From NCBI GenBank assembly GCA_965603825.1, contig CBFDEM010000034.1, positions 248,001-312,000 of the forward strand: a stretch of DNA of 64,000 nt, read 5' to 3'. The first letter of the stretch is position 1; the number at the start of each line of letters is the position of its first letter. Below, in pieces: positions 54,772 through 64,000 of this stretch. The notes below the pieces were generated by a model. That model saw only the letters and a program-made list of their open reading frames with translations, was not told the DNA's origin and searched no databases. This DNA is from Blepharisma stoltei ATCC 30299 (taxonomy: Eukaryota; Protista; Ciliophora). A program made the translations under genes and the position numbers.

Positions 54772-54848
54772 TTTCTTATATAACCTACTTAAACCCCTAT
54801 AATTCCCATACTTATAACTTCTAAACTAATATTATCTGACCTAAAATA

Positions 54849-55589
54849 ATGATAAATATCCCAGCAACTGAAAATCTTCCAGCAGCCTTTGAATCTTATC
54901 GCACAGAAGATCCTTATATTTTATCAGAAGAAGAAAGGCTCAATCTTTTACGCAAGTTTCATATATATGAGCAACTTATTGAAGAATTCCCAGTTTCAAT
55001 AGGAAAAGAAGCGTCTAGAAAAGAAAGAGATACAAGGGTCGATATTTTACAGTCAGAAAGCACTTTAACCTATGGAGAAGTTGAGTTTATTTCAATGGGA
55101 GAAGTCTTTGAGACTATAAAAGCAAGATATGGAGGAATCCCTGAAGGAGGCTGCTTTTATGATTTAGGGTCTGGAACAGGGAAAGGAGTGCTTACTGCAG
55201 CGCTGTTGCATAGTTTTAATCAGTGCAAAGGTATTGAAATTCTACAAGGGCTGTATCAGATTTCAAGCCAGATTAAGGAAAAATATGACTTGGAGTTTCT
55301 TCATTTTGTGCAGGAAAATCCTGATTTGTGGACAAAGGCTCCAGAAATTACATTTTATTGTGGGGATTTTTTTGAAAATAATTTGTCTGATGCCAGTTTT
55401 ATTTTTGCGAATTCGACTTGCTTTAGTATGGATATGATGAGGAGGATAGGAAGTTTTCCATTTAAACCAGGTACAATTGGCGTTACTTTTACTAAAAGTT
55501 TGCCAGCAGAATCGTGGGAAATTTTGGAAAGTATAAAAAAGAATATGAGTTGGGGTGAGGCTACTGTTTATATTCACCGTAAAAAATAA
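54849..55589 (+). CDS. DOT1-like class I SAM methyltransferase
   Basis: LTYGE, FYDLGSGTGK, KGIEI, GDFF, FANSTCF and MSWG motifs. Confidence 0.78.
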   Translation: MINIPATENLPAAFESYRTEDPYILSEEERLNLLRKFHIYEQLIEEFPVSIGKEASRKERDTRVDILQSESTLTYGEVEFISMGEVFETIKARYGGIPEGGCFYDLGSGTGKGVLTAALLHSFNQCKGIEILQGLYQISSQIKEKYDLEFLHFVQENPDLWTKAPEITFYCGDFFENNLSDASFIFANSTCFSMDMMRRIGSFPFKPGTIGVTFTKSLPAESWEILESIKKNMSWGEATVYIHRKK

Positions 55590-55726
55590 CTATAAATTTG
55601 GATAAATACTTTCTATGATTTTTTTAAAATCTTAATAATATAGATAAAATTCCTTTTTGTTTATTGATTTGATGTTTAAATAAATTGTCCATTTTTTATT
55701 TCTTTCATAAATTAAATATCCCGCCT

Positions 55727-56500
55727 ATGGAATCTAATTGCATGTTTCACTCTTTTGAGGTCGCTCCTGACTTAGAACCTGGACATCGTTCAAGCCTATT
55801 TTCTTACAAAGGCTACGCAGACGATTCTCATGAAATTGGCCTACGAAAATCAGAAACAAGATACCACGGTAGAGAGCCATCAATTTTTGATGTAAAAATT
55901 TCTCTGCCTTCCCCAGTATCAAAAGAAGGCTTTTCAGTTGACGCAATCATGCCTTCACCTCCATTAAACCGTACAAGACGAAGTGTCGGCAGAATTCTCA
56001 CATATTCAGCCTATGAAAATCCTCATTCCAAGCATTTTCGTACACTAAAAAGGCCAAAAACCCACAAAAGAAGCCCAAGTTCTTATGCAAACTCAGAGGT
56101 AACTTCTAAAGAAATTCTTGCAGCTTTGCCAAAGCCAAGATTTATGACAAGAAATTCACATGGGCATATAAGGGAAATTAGTGATGTTAGTAACGTCGTG
56201 ATTACGAGTCAAGATTCAGATATTTTTGAAACTTTGCATACAAGGAGTGATAAAAGCAGCCATAAAAAAAGCGTTTTAAGCCAGCTTTCGACTGACTTTA
56301 GCATGGGGCCAAGCTCATGTATGACGTTTTGCTCTAATTGCAAGACTTTGGTGTATTCACAGATTTCATATGAAGGAAATGGCTTGGGGTCGTCAATATT
56401 TAGAGCTTTTCAGAAGATTTGTTGTAAGGCTCCTGAATTCATTAGAAATCAAGTTGTGCATAAGTGTCCTGAATGTGGTAGTGTATTAGGAAAAATTTAA
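55727..56500 (+). CDS. LITAF-like zinc-binding domain protein
   Basis: C-terminal PSSCMTFCSNC...CC...VVHKCPECGSVLG; disordered N-terminus. Confidence 0.75.
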   Translation: MESNCMFHSFEVAPDLEPGHRSSLFSYKGYADDSHEIGLRKSETRYHGREPSIFDVKISLPSPVSKEGFSVDAIMPSPPLNRTRRSVGRILTYSAYENPHSKHFRTLKRPKTHKRSPSSYANSEVTSKEILAALPKPRFMTRNSHGHIREISDVSNVVITSQDSDIFETLHTRSDKSSHKKSVLSQLSTDFSMGPSSCMTFCSNCKTLVYSQISYEGNGLGSSIFRAFQKICCKAPEFIRNQVVHKCPECGSVLGKI

Positions 56501-56654
56501 TTTATATATAATATAAAAATTTATTATTCCAAGAAAAATATCTGAAATTTAAAATAATTGGTGAAAGACTTTATTAGAAGATATCACTGTTTTAAACACA
56601 CCATTCTTAAGAAAATTTAATTCTTCATAATAATATTTACAATTCTGTTCATTT

Positions 56655-57485
56655 ATGAGTAGCAGCAGAAAGGAAGCATTTGTCCCATACAACTTTATAT
56701 CCGGCCGCAAATGAAGATGCACAATTTGCAATAAAGAATTTGATCAATCCTGCCTCCAAGCTCATGACAGCCTACACATGAAGAACTTGCCAAGCCCCAC
56801 GCCAAATGCTCCATCATACTCAACACAGCCTTATCCTCACAACCCCCAGCAAGAGAATCATTATCCATACAAAAGTAACCTCGAAAAGCCCCCATCTGAA
56901 ATTCCCTTAAAAGATGACAAACTATCAAGCATAATCTCCAAAAGCATACAAGAAAAAGCTGATCAAGATCCCCAGAAATCTAAAAGTTATTTAAAAGGGC
57001 TTATAAATCAGCAATCTGGGCCAATAGGCAAAAAACCTCTCCCAAATTTTATACTAAACCAAGCTGAATTTTCTAATAATTTAGAATACCAAGATGAAGA
57101 ATTTGAGCTGACATCTGCAAATCCTGCTATAACTGATATGCTTTCTAATATGGAAAACATAGAGAATCTTGCCTATAAACAAAAGAATTTTGCAGTCTCA
57201 AAGGCTCCTACAAAGCCTGAAATCGTAAATAAACAAAAAATCGAAAAAATTGATAACAATGGAGAAAATATCCAAGCTGTAGAAAAAGGGAAAAGCATTG
57301 CGAAAAAATCAGCTAATGAGCCGCCAATGCCGAAAAAAAGGCCAAGAAAAGAAGATTTTTCAGTTATGGGTGCTATTAAAAAAATCCAAAAAGTTGAAGC
57401 ATGCTTCAGTGCTATGAATATGATACTCGATATTAAGCTACGCTTGCGCAAGAAAAAGTTATTTAAAATGTTCAAGAATTATTAA
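56655..57485 (+). CDS. Protein with an N-terminal C2H2 zinc finger and a basic NLS-like tail (276 aa)
   Basis: ATG at 56655: ...GRKW(TGA)RCTICNKEFDQSCLQAHDSLH, in frame with ORF 56778..57485; PKKRPRK. Confidence 0.72.
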
Positions 57486-57524
57486 TTTAAATTTAATGTT
57501 TAGGTGAATTTTTCATATAAATTT

Positions 57525-57989
57525 TTATAGTAAATTATTATGGACTTCTTCTACATGTCTTCTAGTGTCAACTCTTCTCATTTGGTTATCATCATCACAT
57601 TCTTCACATTTATAAAGCATGTTGTTTTTCTCAAGCCTATTCTGCCCTTGCACAAGCTTAAATAAAATCGTTTTTCCGTTTCCTTCATTGGTCAATCCTA
57701 GTCTAGTTGGAGCTTGTTTGCTATTTTCATACATAACAATATTTGGAGGTAAAGGCTTCCCATGGGTTGCAATATCATGAATATTTTTTAGCCTCATCAG
57801 AATTTCTGCTGTATCTTTAGAGCCTAAGCCAATTTCATCGAAAATGGAAAAAATGTCTTTTACGACGATAAATAACGAATCTAGGTCATATCCAAGTTCT
57901 TCTAGCCTCGCCAGCTGCTGAGTGTCGTTTTCCAAAATAAAGTTTAAATCCATTATAAGGGGGTTATTTAAATTTTTTAAATCCCCCAT
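57525..57989 (-). CDS. Unknown-family protein with a C-terminal C2H2-like finger (paralog A)
   Basis: YKCEECDDDNQMRRVDTRRHVEEVH; colinear with the 58007..58432 product. Alternative start at 57953 (MDLNF). Confidence 0.8.
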   Translation of the reverse strand: MGDLKNLNNPLIMDLNFILENDTQQLARLEELGYDLDSLFIVVKDIFSIFDEIGLGSKDTAEILMRLKNIHDIATHGKPLPPNIVMYENSKQAPTRLGLTNEGNGKTILFKLVQGQNRLEKNNMLYKCEECDDDNQMRRVDTRRHVEEVHNNLL

Positions 57990-58006
57990 TTCTTATAATA
58001 AATATA

Positions 58007-58432
58007 ATGGATTTCAATTACCTTGTAGCAAATGACCCAAAACAAGTAAGAAGACTTGAAGAACTCGGATTCGATTTGGACTCACTTTTCTTTATGACCA
58101 AAGACCTCTTCTCTATATTTGATGACCTAGAACTCCCTGCTAGAGAAATCGAAGAATTCTGCACAAGGCTCAAAAATGTATATGATGTCTATGAAGGCAA
58201 GCCTTTCCCTACAAATATTGTGCTTTATGAAAACAGTAGAACTCTTCCTACAAGACTTTGTGTAGAAAATAAAGATACAGGAAAAACAGTATTTTTCAGG
58301 CTGGTCCCAGGACAAGGAAAACTAGAAAAATGCAATGTTCTCTACAGATGTGAAGTCTGCCGCAATGATGTTCCAATAAAAAGATGTGATACTAAAAGAC
58401 ATATAGCTTCAAAACATAATAATTTACTTTAA
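58007..58432 (+). CDS. Unknown-family protein with a C-terminal C2H2-like finger (paralog B)
   Basis: YRCEVCRNDVPIKRCDTKRHIASKH; shares RLEELGxDLDSLF, FSIFD, RLKN, GKPxPxNIVxYENS, PTRL, GKT and HNNLL with paralog A. Confidence 0.82.
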   Translation: MDFNYLVANDPKQVRRLEELGFDLDSLFFMTKDLFSIFDDLELPAREIEEFCTRLKNVYDVYEGKPFPTNIVLYENSRTLPTRLCVENKDTGKTVFFRLVPGQGKLEKCNVLYRCEVCRNDVPIKRCDTKRHIASKHNNLL

Positions 58433-58484
58433 AATGTATCTTTATTAAAAAATAATTAAACAGCAAAAAATCATTATTTTATCA

Positions 58485-59627
58485 TTAAAATTTTGTATTT
58501 TGCTCTCGCAAAGCTGCAACTCTTTTGCTTCTCTCGATTCTACTGCATTCTTTTAGCTGGTTGCTTACATTATTTAAGATCTCCACATATGGCTCTAAAT
58601 TATCAATTCCTTCACAGAGACTTGTTAAATTAGGAACTTTATCGATTTGGAATTCTTCCACATTTTCAACTAAAAATGGGACACAAACATTTCCAGTTTT
58701 GGGGTGAATAGAAAAAGGAGACTTCAATAAATGGTTCATTGCCATGGAGACATGGACATCTAATCTTGGATATAAGTATTTAAAACAAATTTTTTGCTTG
58801 ATTTGATCAATTACTATTGAGTCAGGCTGAGAATTAATAAACTCACTGACTTCTGCCCAAGTTTCCTCACTTGTTGATTTCGCTACAAACTGCATCTTAG
58901 CTCCAAGCTGATTATTAATAATTTCGACACATTCGTTCAGTCTTTCCTGGTTTTCAAACAATTTCTGTTCCCTCACAATAATTTCTTCAAATCGAGGTCT
59001 CAAAACTTCTCTGTAAATCTGGAGAAAAGGTGTATGAGACTTTGGCCCTGAATTAAGGAATTCTATTAATGATTTTCTTCGAAAATCATTTAAACGCCTT
59101 GCGGATGGGTCAGAAACCCAGCAATGGACACCTCTTCTGCCAGAATATACCCACAAATTGACTGTGTACCCAAATGATTCTTTTAATGCAATATCCATTG
59201 ATTTGCAAGCGACCACTAAGAATTTCCAGCAAAGCTGGCAGACTACAGCGCCAGAGCAGCATGTTCTGACTTTGTCATAATCAGTCATATCAATATCAAT
59301 GACAAACTCTCTTTCGATAGTCTCATAGCGGATTTTATTAAGCATTGAGTCTTTTCTTTTAGGAGGGACTGTTCATATAGCTCCAATATCAAATTTTTCT
59401 GGCTTGTCGTGGATTAGCTGATTTTTGAACTCATCTGCGGAGCTGAAACTTTGATGGCGGCAATATATATCTCCCGGCAAAGTGAAAGAAAATTCTCTTC
59501 TTTCAAAGTAAGTTTTGTCGTAATGAGGATCTTGTGTTTCAAGCTCAACTCCTGCATTGAGCCATCTGCAAAGGGCATTGCAAGGGAAATAATTTCTATA
59601 GTAATTTTCTAAAGTTTGTGGGTCCAT
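58485..59627 (-). CDS. PRIM1: DNA primase small (catalytic) subunit (380 aa)
   Basis: YYRNYFP, RREFSFTL, DIGAI, EREFVIDIDMTDY, WVYSGRRGVHCWV, YPRLD, HLLKSPFSIHPKTG; joined by TGA at 59373-59375. Confidence 0.96.
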
Positions 59628-59735
59628 TTATCTTCCCGCTATTAATTAATATATACAAAAATAGGAATTTAATGCCAAAAGAACTAGATTTGATAGAAGC
59701 CAAATTATATTTATAATAAATGTCAAGGTTTATGC

Positions 59736-60362
59736 TTATTTTGTTTGATTATTTTTATTTCTTCTAATAACGCACAGCCCTTCACATCCAGTCCTTTCTG
59801 TAAGCAAATTAATGCCTCCAAACTGCCCATTTTCTTCTTCATAAAGTAAATAAAGCACTCCATTTTCACTCAAAATCCCATCAACAACCCTTAACAATTC
59901 ATCAATAAACTCTCTTCCATTTTCCCCTCCAGGGCAGCTACTTGAAATATCCCTATTATTTTGGCACTCTAAGTACTCTTCTCTAGTAGAAGTTACATAT
60001 GGAGGATTACATATAACAACATCTACTTTATTTCTCAAATTTAGTCCTTTTAATATATCAATCCCTACCACATCAGCCATTTCTATCCTATTTTCGCAAA
60101 AAGTTCTCTGTGTAAGCTTAACTGCATCTATATTTATATCAAACCCTAAAAAGAATGCATTGTCTAAATTTAGTGCAAGTGAGGAAATTACAGCCCCAGA
60201 ACCTACTCCAATCTCTAAGACAATTGTAGGATTTAGTGCCTTTATATACTCAATATCATTTAAAATCGCATCTATCAATATAAAAGTGTCTTGAGAAGGC
60301 GGATACACCTTTTTTCTGTCATCTTTCTTTATATGCGACAATTTTACTTCTTTTATATTCAT
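59736..60362 (-). CDS. HemK2/N6AMT1 (Mtq2, eRF1 glutamine methyltransferase)-like
   Basis: VYPPSQDTFILIDA, LEIGVGSG, DIN, CNPPYV and GGENGRE motifs. Confidence 0.88.
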   Translation of the reverse strand: MNIKEVKLSHIKKDDRKKVYPPSQDTFILIDAILNDIEYIKALNPTIVLEIGVGSGAVISSLALNLDNAFFLGFDINIDAVKLTQRTFCENRIEMADVVGIDILKGLNLRNKVDVVICNPPYVTSTREEYLECQNNRDISSSCPGGENGREFIDELLRVVDGILSENGVLYLLYEEENGQFGGINLLTERTGCEGLCVIRRNKNNQTK

Positions 60363-60390
60363 TAATTATAAGGTTATTTATAGCTATTTA

Positions 60391-60885
60391 TTAAAATAAT
60401 GTACAACTGCACGACACATTGTCGTTTGGCGCATTTGTTGGTTCCCTAATTGCAAGGATTCGGCTGTAAATTTCAAGTTGCCTTAAAAAGCCTTTGTTTG
60501 GCCTGGCATCTGGGTGAAGGTATTGCACAAAAAGCTTTGCTTTTCTGAGACTCCAGCGTCTTTGTTTCATTATGTAAGCTATAACTAATGATGTACTTCT
60601 AGAAACTCCTAATAGGCAGTGTACCATGACCCTTCCTCCGCTATTGATAGCATCTTCAATGAATTCAGCCGCTTCATCGAAGTACTTCAAGATATCAAAT
60701 GATGGAGAGTCCAGAATTGGAAATTGCTTATAAACAAATCGTGTAGGGAAGTAAGGCTCAAGACCGGAACCTGTCCCAGCTATTAGGATATGCGTTATTT
60801 TGTATTGGAATAGGAGATTTAATTGAGATGCTTGCTCTTTACTTCCTAGATAAAGGCCTTCTTCTATTTCATCCAATAAGTACAT
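60391..60885 (-). CDS. Dual-specificity protein phosphatase (atypical DUSP) with C-terminal CSCTLF
   Basis: EIEEGLYLGS, VMVHCLLGVSRS, AYIM and PNKGFLRQL motifs. Confidence 0.93.
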   Translation of the reverse strand: MYLLDEIEEGLYLGSKEQASQLNLLFQYKITHILIAGTGSGLEPYFPTRFVYKQFPILDSPSFDILKYFDEAAEFIEDAINSGGRVMVHCLLGVSRSTSLVIAYIMKQRRWSLRKAKLFVQYLHPDARPNKGFLRQLEIYSRILAIREPTNAPNDNVSCSCTLF

Positions 60886-61529
60886 ATTAATTATTAGCCA
60901 GCTTTTTAACTGGATATCGAGGCGAATTTAATTCCTTATTAATGCTTATTTGACAAGAAGCTCCTAAAGTAAGCTCTTAGAAAACCATCCATTATTTAAA
61001 TTTAGAATATATAGGCAATGAAAATGGAAATTAATCAGCACAAACCTGAAAGACAAAAGCATATAATTTGAAACTGATGCTATCAGAATAATAAAGCGAT
61101 AAAAGTAATAAAATTTGAATTCGAAACGTTGGTAATGCTTTTAGAGATTTAAGTCTTTTCATTTATTTGATTTTCTGGTAAATTTTTAAAGCAAGAGCTT
61201 ATTTTTTGTATGGGAGAAAATTTTACCATGTGAAGCCATTTATTTATAATTCTCTTAAAATTAAAATGAGACAATTCATTTTAAAGATGCTCTAATTTAG
61301 CTTAAATATAAAACTAACTAAAGTGAAAAAATTCTTAAAAAAATTAAAATCACTTAACAGTCTCTAATCGAGTATATCCCTCAATGAAGGTAAAAGAAAG
61401 TTTGAAAACCTCCTAATAGCCCAAAAGTGGAAATTTCTAGTAACTAAAAATATATTTATAATAATTTTAATATGTTAAATAAAAATAAAAATCATTATTT
61501 CCAATCACAAATTATTTTTGTTAAAATTC

Positions 61530-64000
61530 TTATTTTGGAGCTCTTTTTGACACAGAAGCATCATTGTTATTTCTCTTCCTTTTAAGCGAAGCTGGGGTGG
61601 CTTCATATTCCACATTTCTCACTACTTCCATCGGACTTGAAAGTCTAGCTTTATTTTCTGTTCTTTTCACAAAATACGTGCTTGGGATCAGAATTTTTCT
61701 CTGCTCGTTCTCTGCATTTTCTCCATTCGCATAGTTTTTCACTAAATGATCCATCATGGTTTCACAAATTTCTTCTAATTCTTGGCCAATTTTATTAGAA
61801 TTTTTGTCAGTTTTTATTTCATGCTTTGGCTGAGTCCCTACCAGTTTGAATTTTTTCAGCTGTTTTAATAGATAAATTAAATAATCTGTATCAATGTCTT
61901 TATGACTTTTATATAAAGCTTCTAAATAAGCAGCTATAAGTTTAAAAGCCATTTTACTGTCAAGTGACAGCTGAGCGATCACATAAATGAAATAAGGGGT
62001 GTAGCTTTCTGGCTGCAACATTAAAAGCCTGTTTTGATCTTGCTGCTGAAGAGCTCCTGCTTTCATACCTTTAAATACTTGTAGCAAAGCTTCTCTGTAT
62101 ATTTTTGATTTGTGAGAATCAGACAAAAGTATCCCTAAAACTGATAAAAGTGGTGGAAGAAGCTTGGACCTTTGATATATATTTTTCAGCATTATATCTC
62201 CCAACATATCACGATACGCAGGATTTTCACTAAAAACCAGCTCAGAAATCAGCAGCAAATGTTTCGCTTTCAAAAAATGCTTGTTTTCGCTCCTTCTTAT
62301 AACTGAAAAAATTCCTTTCAAAGCCTGTATCCTATACGCATCTTCTTCAGCTTTGCTAAACAAATGTTTCAGCTTAAACTCCCCAGGGTTAACAATAAAA
62401 CTTCTTATATATTTTTCCAGCTTAAAGCACAATTTTATCAAAATTTTATAAATATCCTGCGCATTCATCACCCCTGGCCCATCAAATTTCCCATGTACAG
62501 CCCATGCTACCAGAAGTCTTATCCCTTCAATTTTCGCCTGGGCTATTTCTGATATAATTTCGTCATCTTTTCCTGAGGGAGAATGCATTACAAGCAGCTC
62601 ATTTATTGTGAATTTTAAAGCGGTGTTACTATAGTCAGAAAATCCGTCTGGGCAATTTAAAATAATTTCTCTTAAAGCTGCTAAGTGGGTGATAAGCAAT
62701 GATGGGTTTTCTGAGGTAACAAGTAACTTAGGGACTATAGAATCAAGCAAAGCGACCTGAATAAAATTGTTAGGCATTGAAGTAGCTGCAAGCTTGCTAG
62801 CGGCTTTGGCTTCTTCTACGGTGCCTCTTACACACATTTGGCGTAATATAAGCTGCAGGTCGCTTTTTTGCTTTTGGGTGAGTCTGATATTCCCTAAAAT
62901 GCTGCATAGTAAATCTAGGAGTGGAGATTTATCAGCACATTCGTCTAAAAGTTCGAGGATTTGAGGAATAAATGGAATCACGATATCTGCGTAGGCTTGG
63001 CCGATATTTCTTAAAAGCTGCAAATTGTCTGGGTCATTGTTTATCAACATAGATACATAATTAGCACAAATTATTGTGTCTCCACATTTTGCTCTTAATT
63101 GATTGATTAACCCTTGTATACTCTCGCTTTGTTTTTCTGCTAATTTTTTTAAATTAACCATTGCATTTAATTTTGTTGAATTATCAGCTGGAGCACATAA
63201 GACTTTAAAACAGTCAGAAATTTCTTCATTTTTCAATAAGTTGCTTAATGCTGAACTATGCTGAATTTTGTTTTCTTTTATTAAGGTTGAGCTCAGCGGA
63301 TCTTTAATGTGTCCATTAAAAATTCCAATTAATTCTTCAATTTCTGCTGGATTTTGGGAATGTAGGATGACTGCAAGTTTGTTTCCTCAAAATTGCTTTG
63401 ACTGAATAATGCTGCTGAATATAGGCCGAGTCTCAAAACTTAAATCTTTATAAAGCCCAACAAGAGCTAAAAAATGGTTATCCTTTAGTGTAGATAAAGG
63501 AAGAATTATGTCTTCAATTGTATTAACAATAATAACTTGATCTTCTTCAGTGCCTATATCTTTATAAGCTTTTATAATATGGTTTGGGATAATAGAATAA
63601 ACACTTTCTTTTCATGGGCTTAACGCATAGTGAAAAACTGCTTCATTATAATATATATTAGCTAAATATTTTATTGCTAAATTTCTGATTTGTTCTTTTT
63701 TGTCTTTAATTCGTTCACATATTCTTTCCAATACTTTTTTAGGCAGAATTATATATTTAGAGCATTCACAAATAATTTTTACGGCTAGCTTTCTGACTTT
63801 GTCACTTTTATCTCGTAGACGGTCTCCTGTGCATTTTAAAATTAAGTCAATTAAATCTTGTTTATCTCGATTATTTTTTACAAATTTTGGGACTGCATTT
63901 ATAACGATTTCTCTAGCATTTTCAGTTTGATCATCGAATTTTTTTAAGTATTCTTTAAATAAATGAGAATGCAAGGTAGGGAGGACTGATTTTTTGGCTG
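61530..64000 (-). CDS. PDS5: Sister chromatid cohesion protein Pds5 (HEAT repeats), 5' end outside the window
   Basis: DRLRDKSDKVRKLAV...ERIKDKKEQIRNLAIKYLANIY...CVRGTVEEAKAAS...LQPESYTPYFIYVIA; one frame across two TGA(W). Confidence 0.8.

Noticed and set aside
59736-60362. eRF1 methyltransferase as part of a codon-reassignment system
   Set aside because: HemK2/Mtq2 is widespread in eukaryotes, and nothing in the sequence links it to UGA decoding.

Overview
Gene-dense, AT-rich eukaryotic DNA, almost certainly a ciliate somatic (macronuclear) chromosome. In-frame TGA repeatedly sits at invariant Trp positions (Rab WDTAG, CDK TLWYR, BEACH NWIDLIFG), every complete gene reconstructed here ends in TAA or TAG, and the introns are 15-16 nt (GTAA...A at +10...YAG). 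This combination points to the heterotrich Blepharisma or a close relative (inference). The supplied ORF track uses the standard code, so it breaks many genes; about 40 genes were rebuilt by hand. They include CCT5, VAP, Nup98, peroxiredoxin, Vti1, centrin, a Trf4-like polymerase, ACSL, CK2 alpha and beta, a Rab2-like GTPase, GST, a 2,071-aa BEACH protein, two alpha-carbonic anhydrases, a CDK, Cwc24, Vps28, WDR47, DHHC, primase, HemK2 and Pds5. One very compact 18S-5.8S-28S rDNA unit lies directly among these genes. On its right flank are a methyltransferase pseudogene and a non-LTR retrotransposon remnant. Best leads for something new: (1) a stand-alone Nup98 with an apparent ubiquitin-like domain, plus a decayed tandem copy; (2) a head-to-head paralogous pair of unknown C2H2-type genes 17 nt apart; (3) an 82-aa protein with SILK, RVxF and CaaX-like motifs (candidate membrane PP1 adaptor); (4) the chromosome-embedded rDNA. 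No CRISPR array, tRNA gene or telomeric array was seen. No single multi-gene novel system can be established from the sequence alone.
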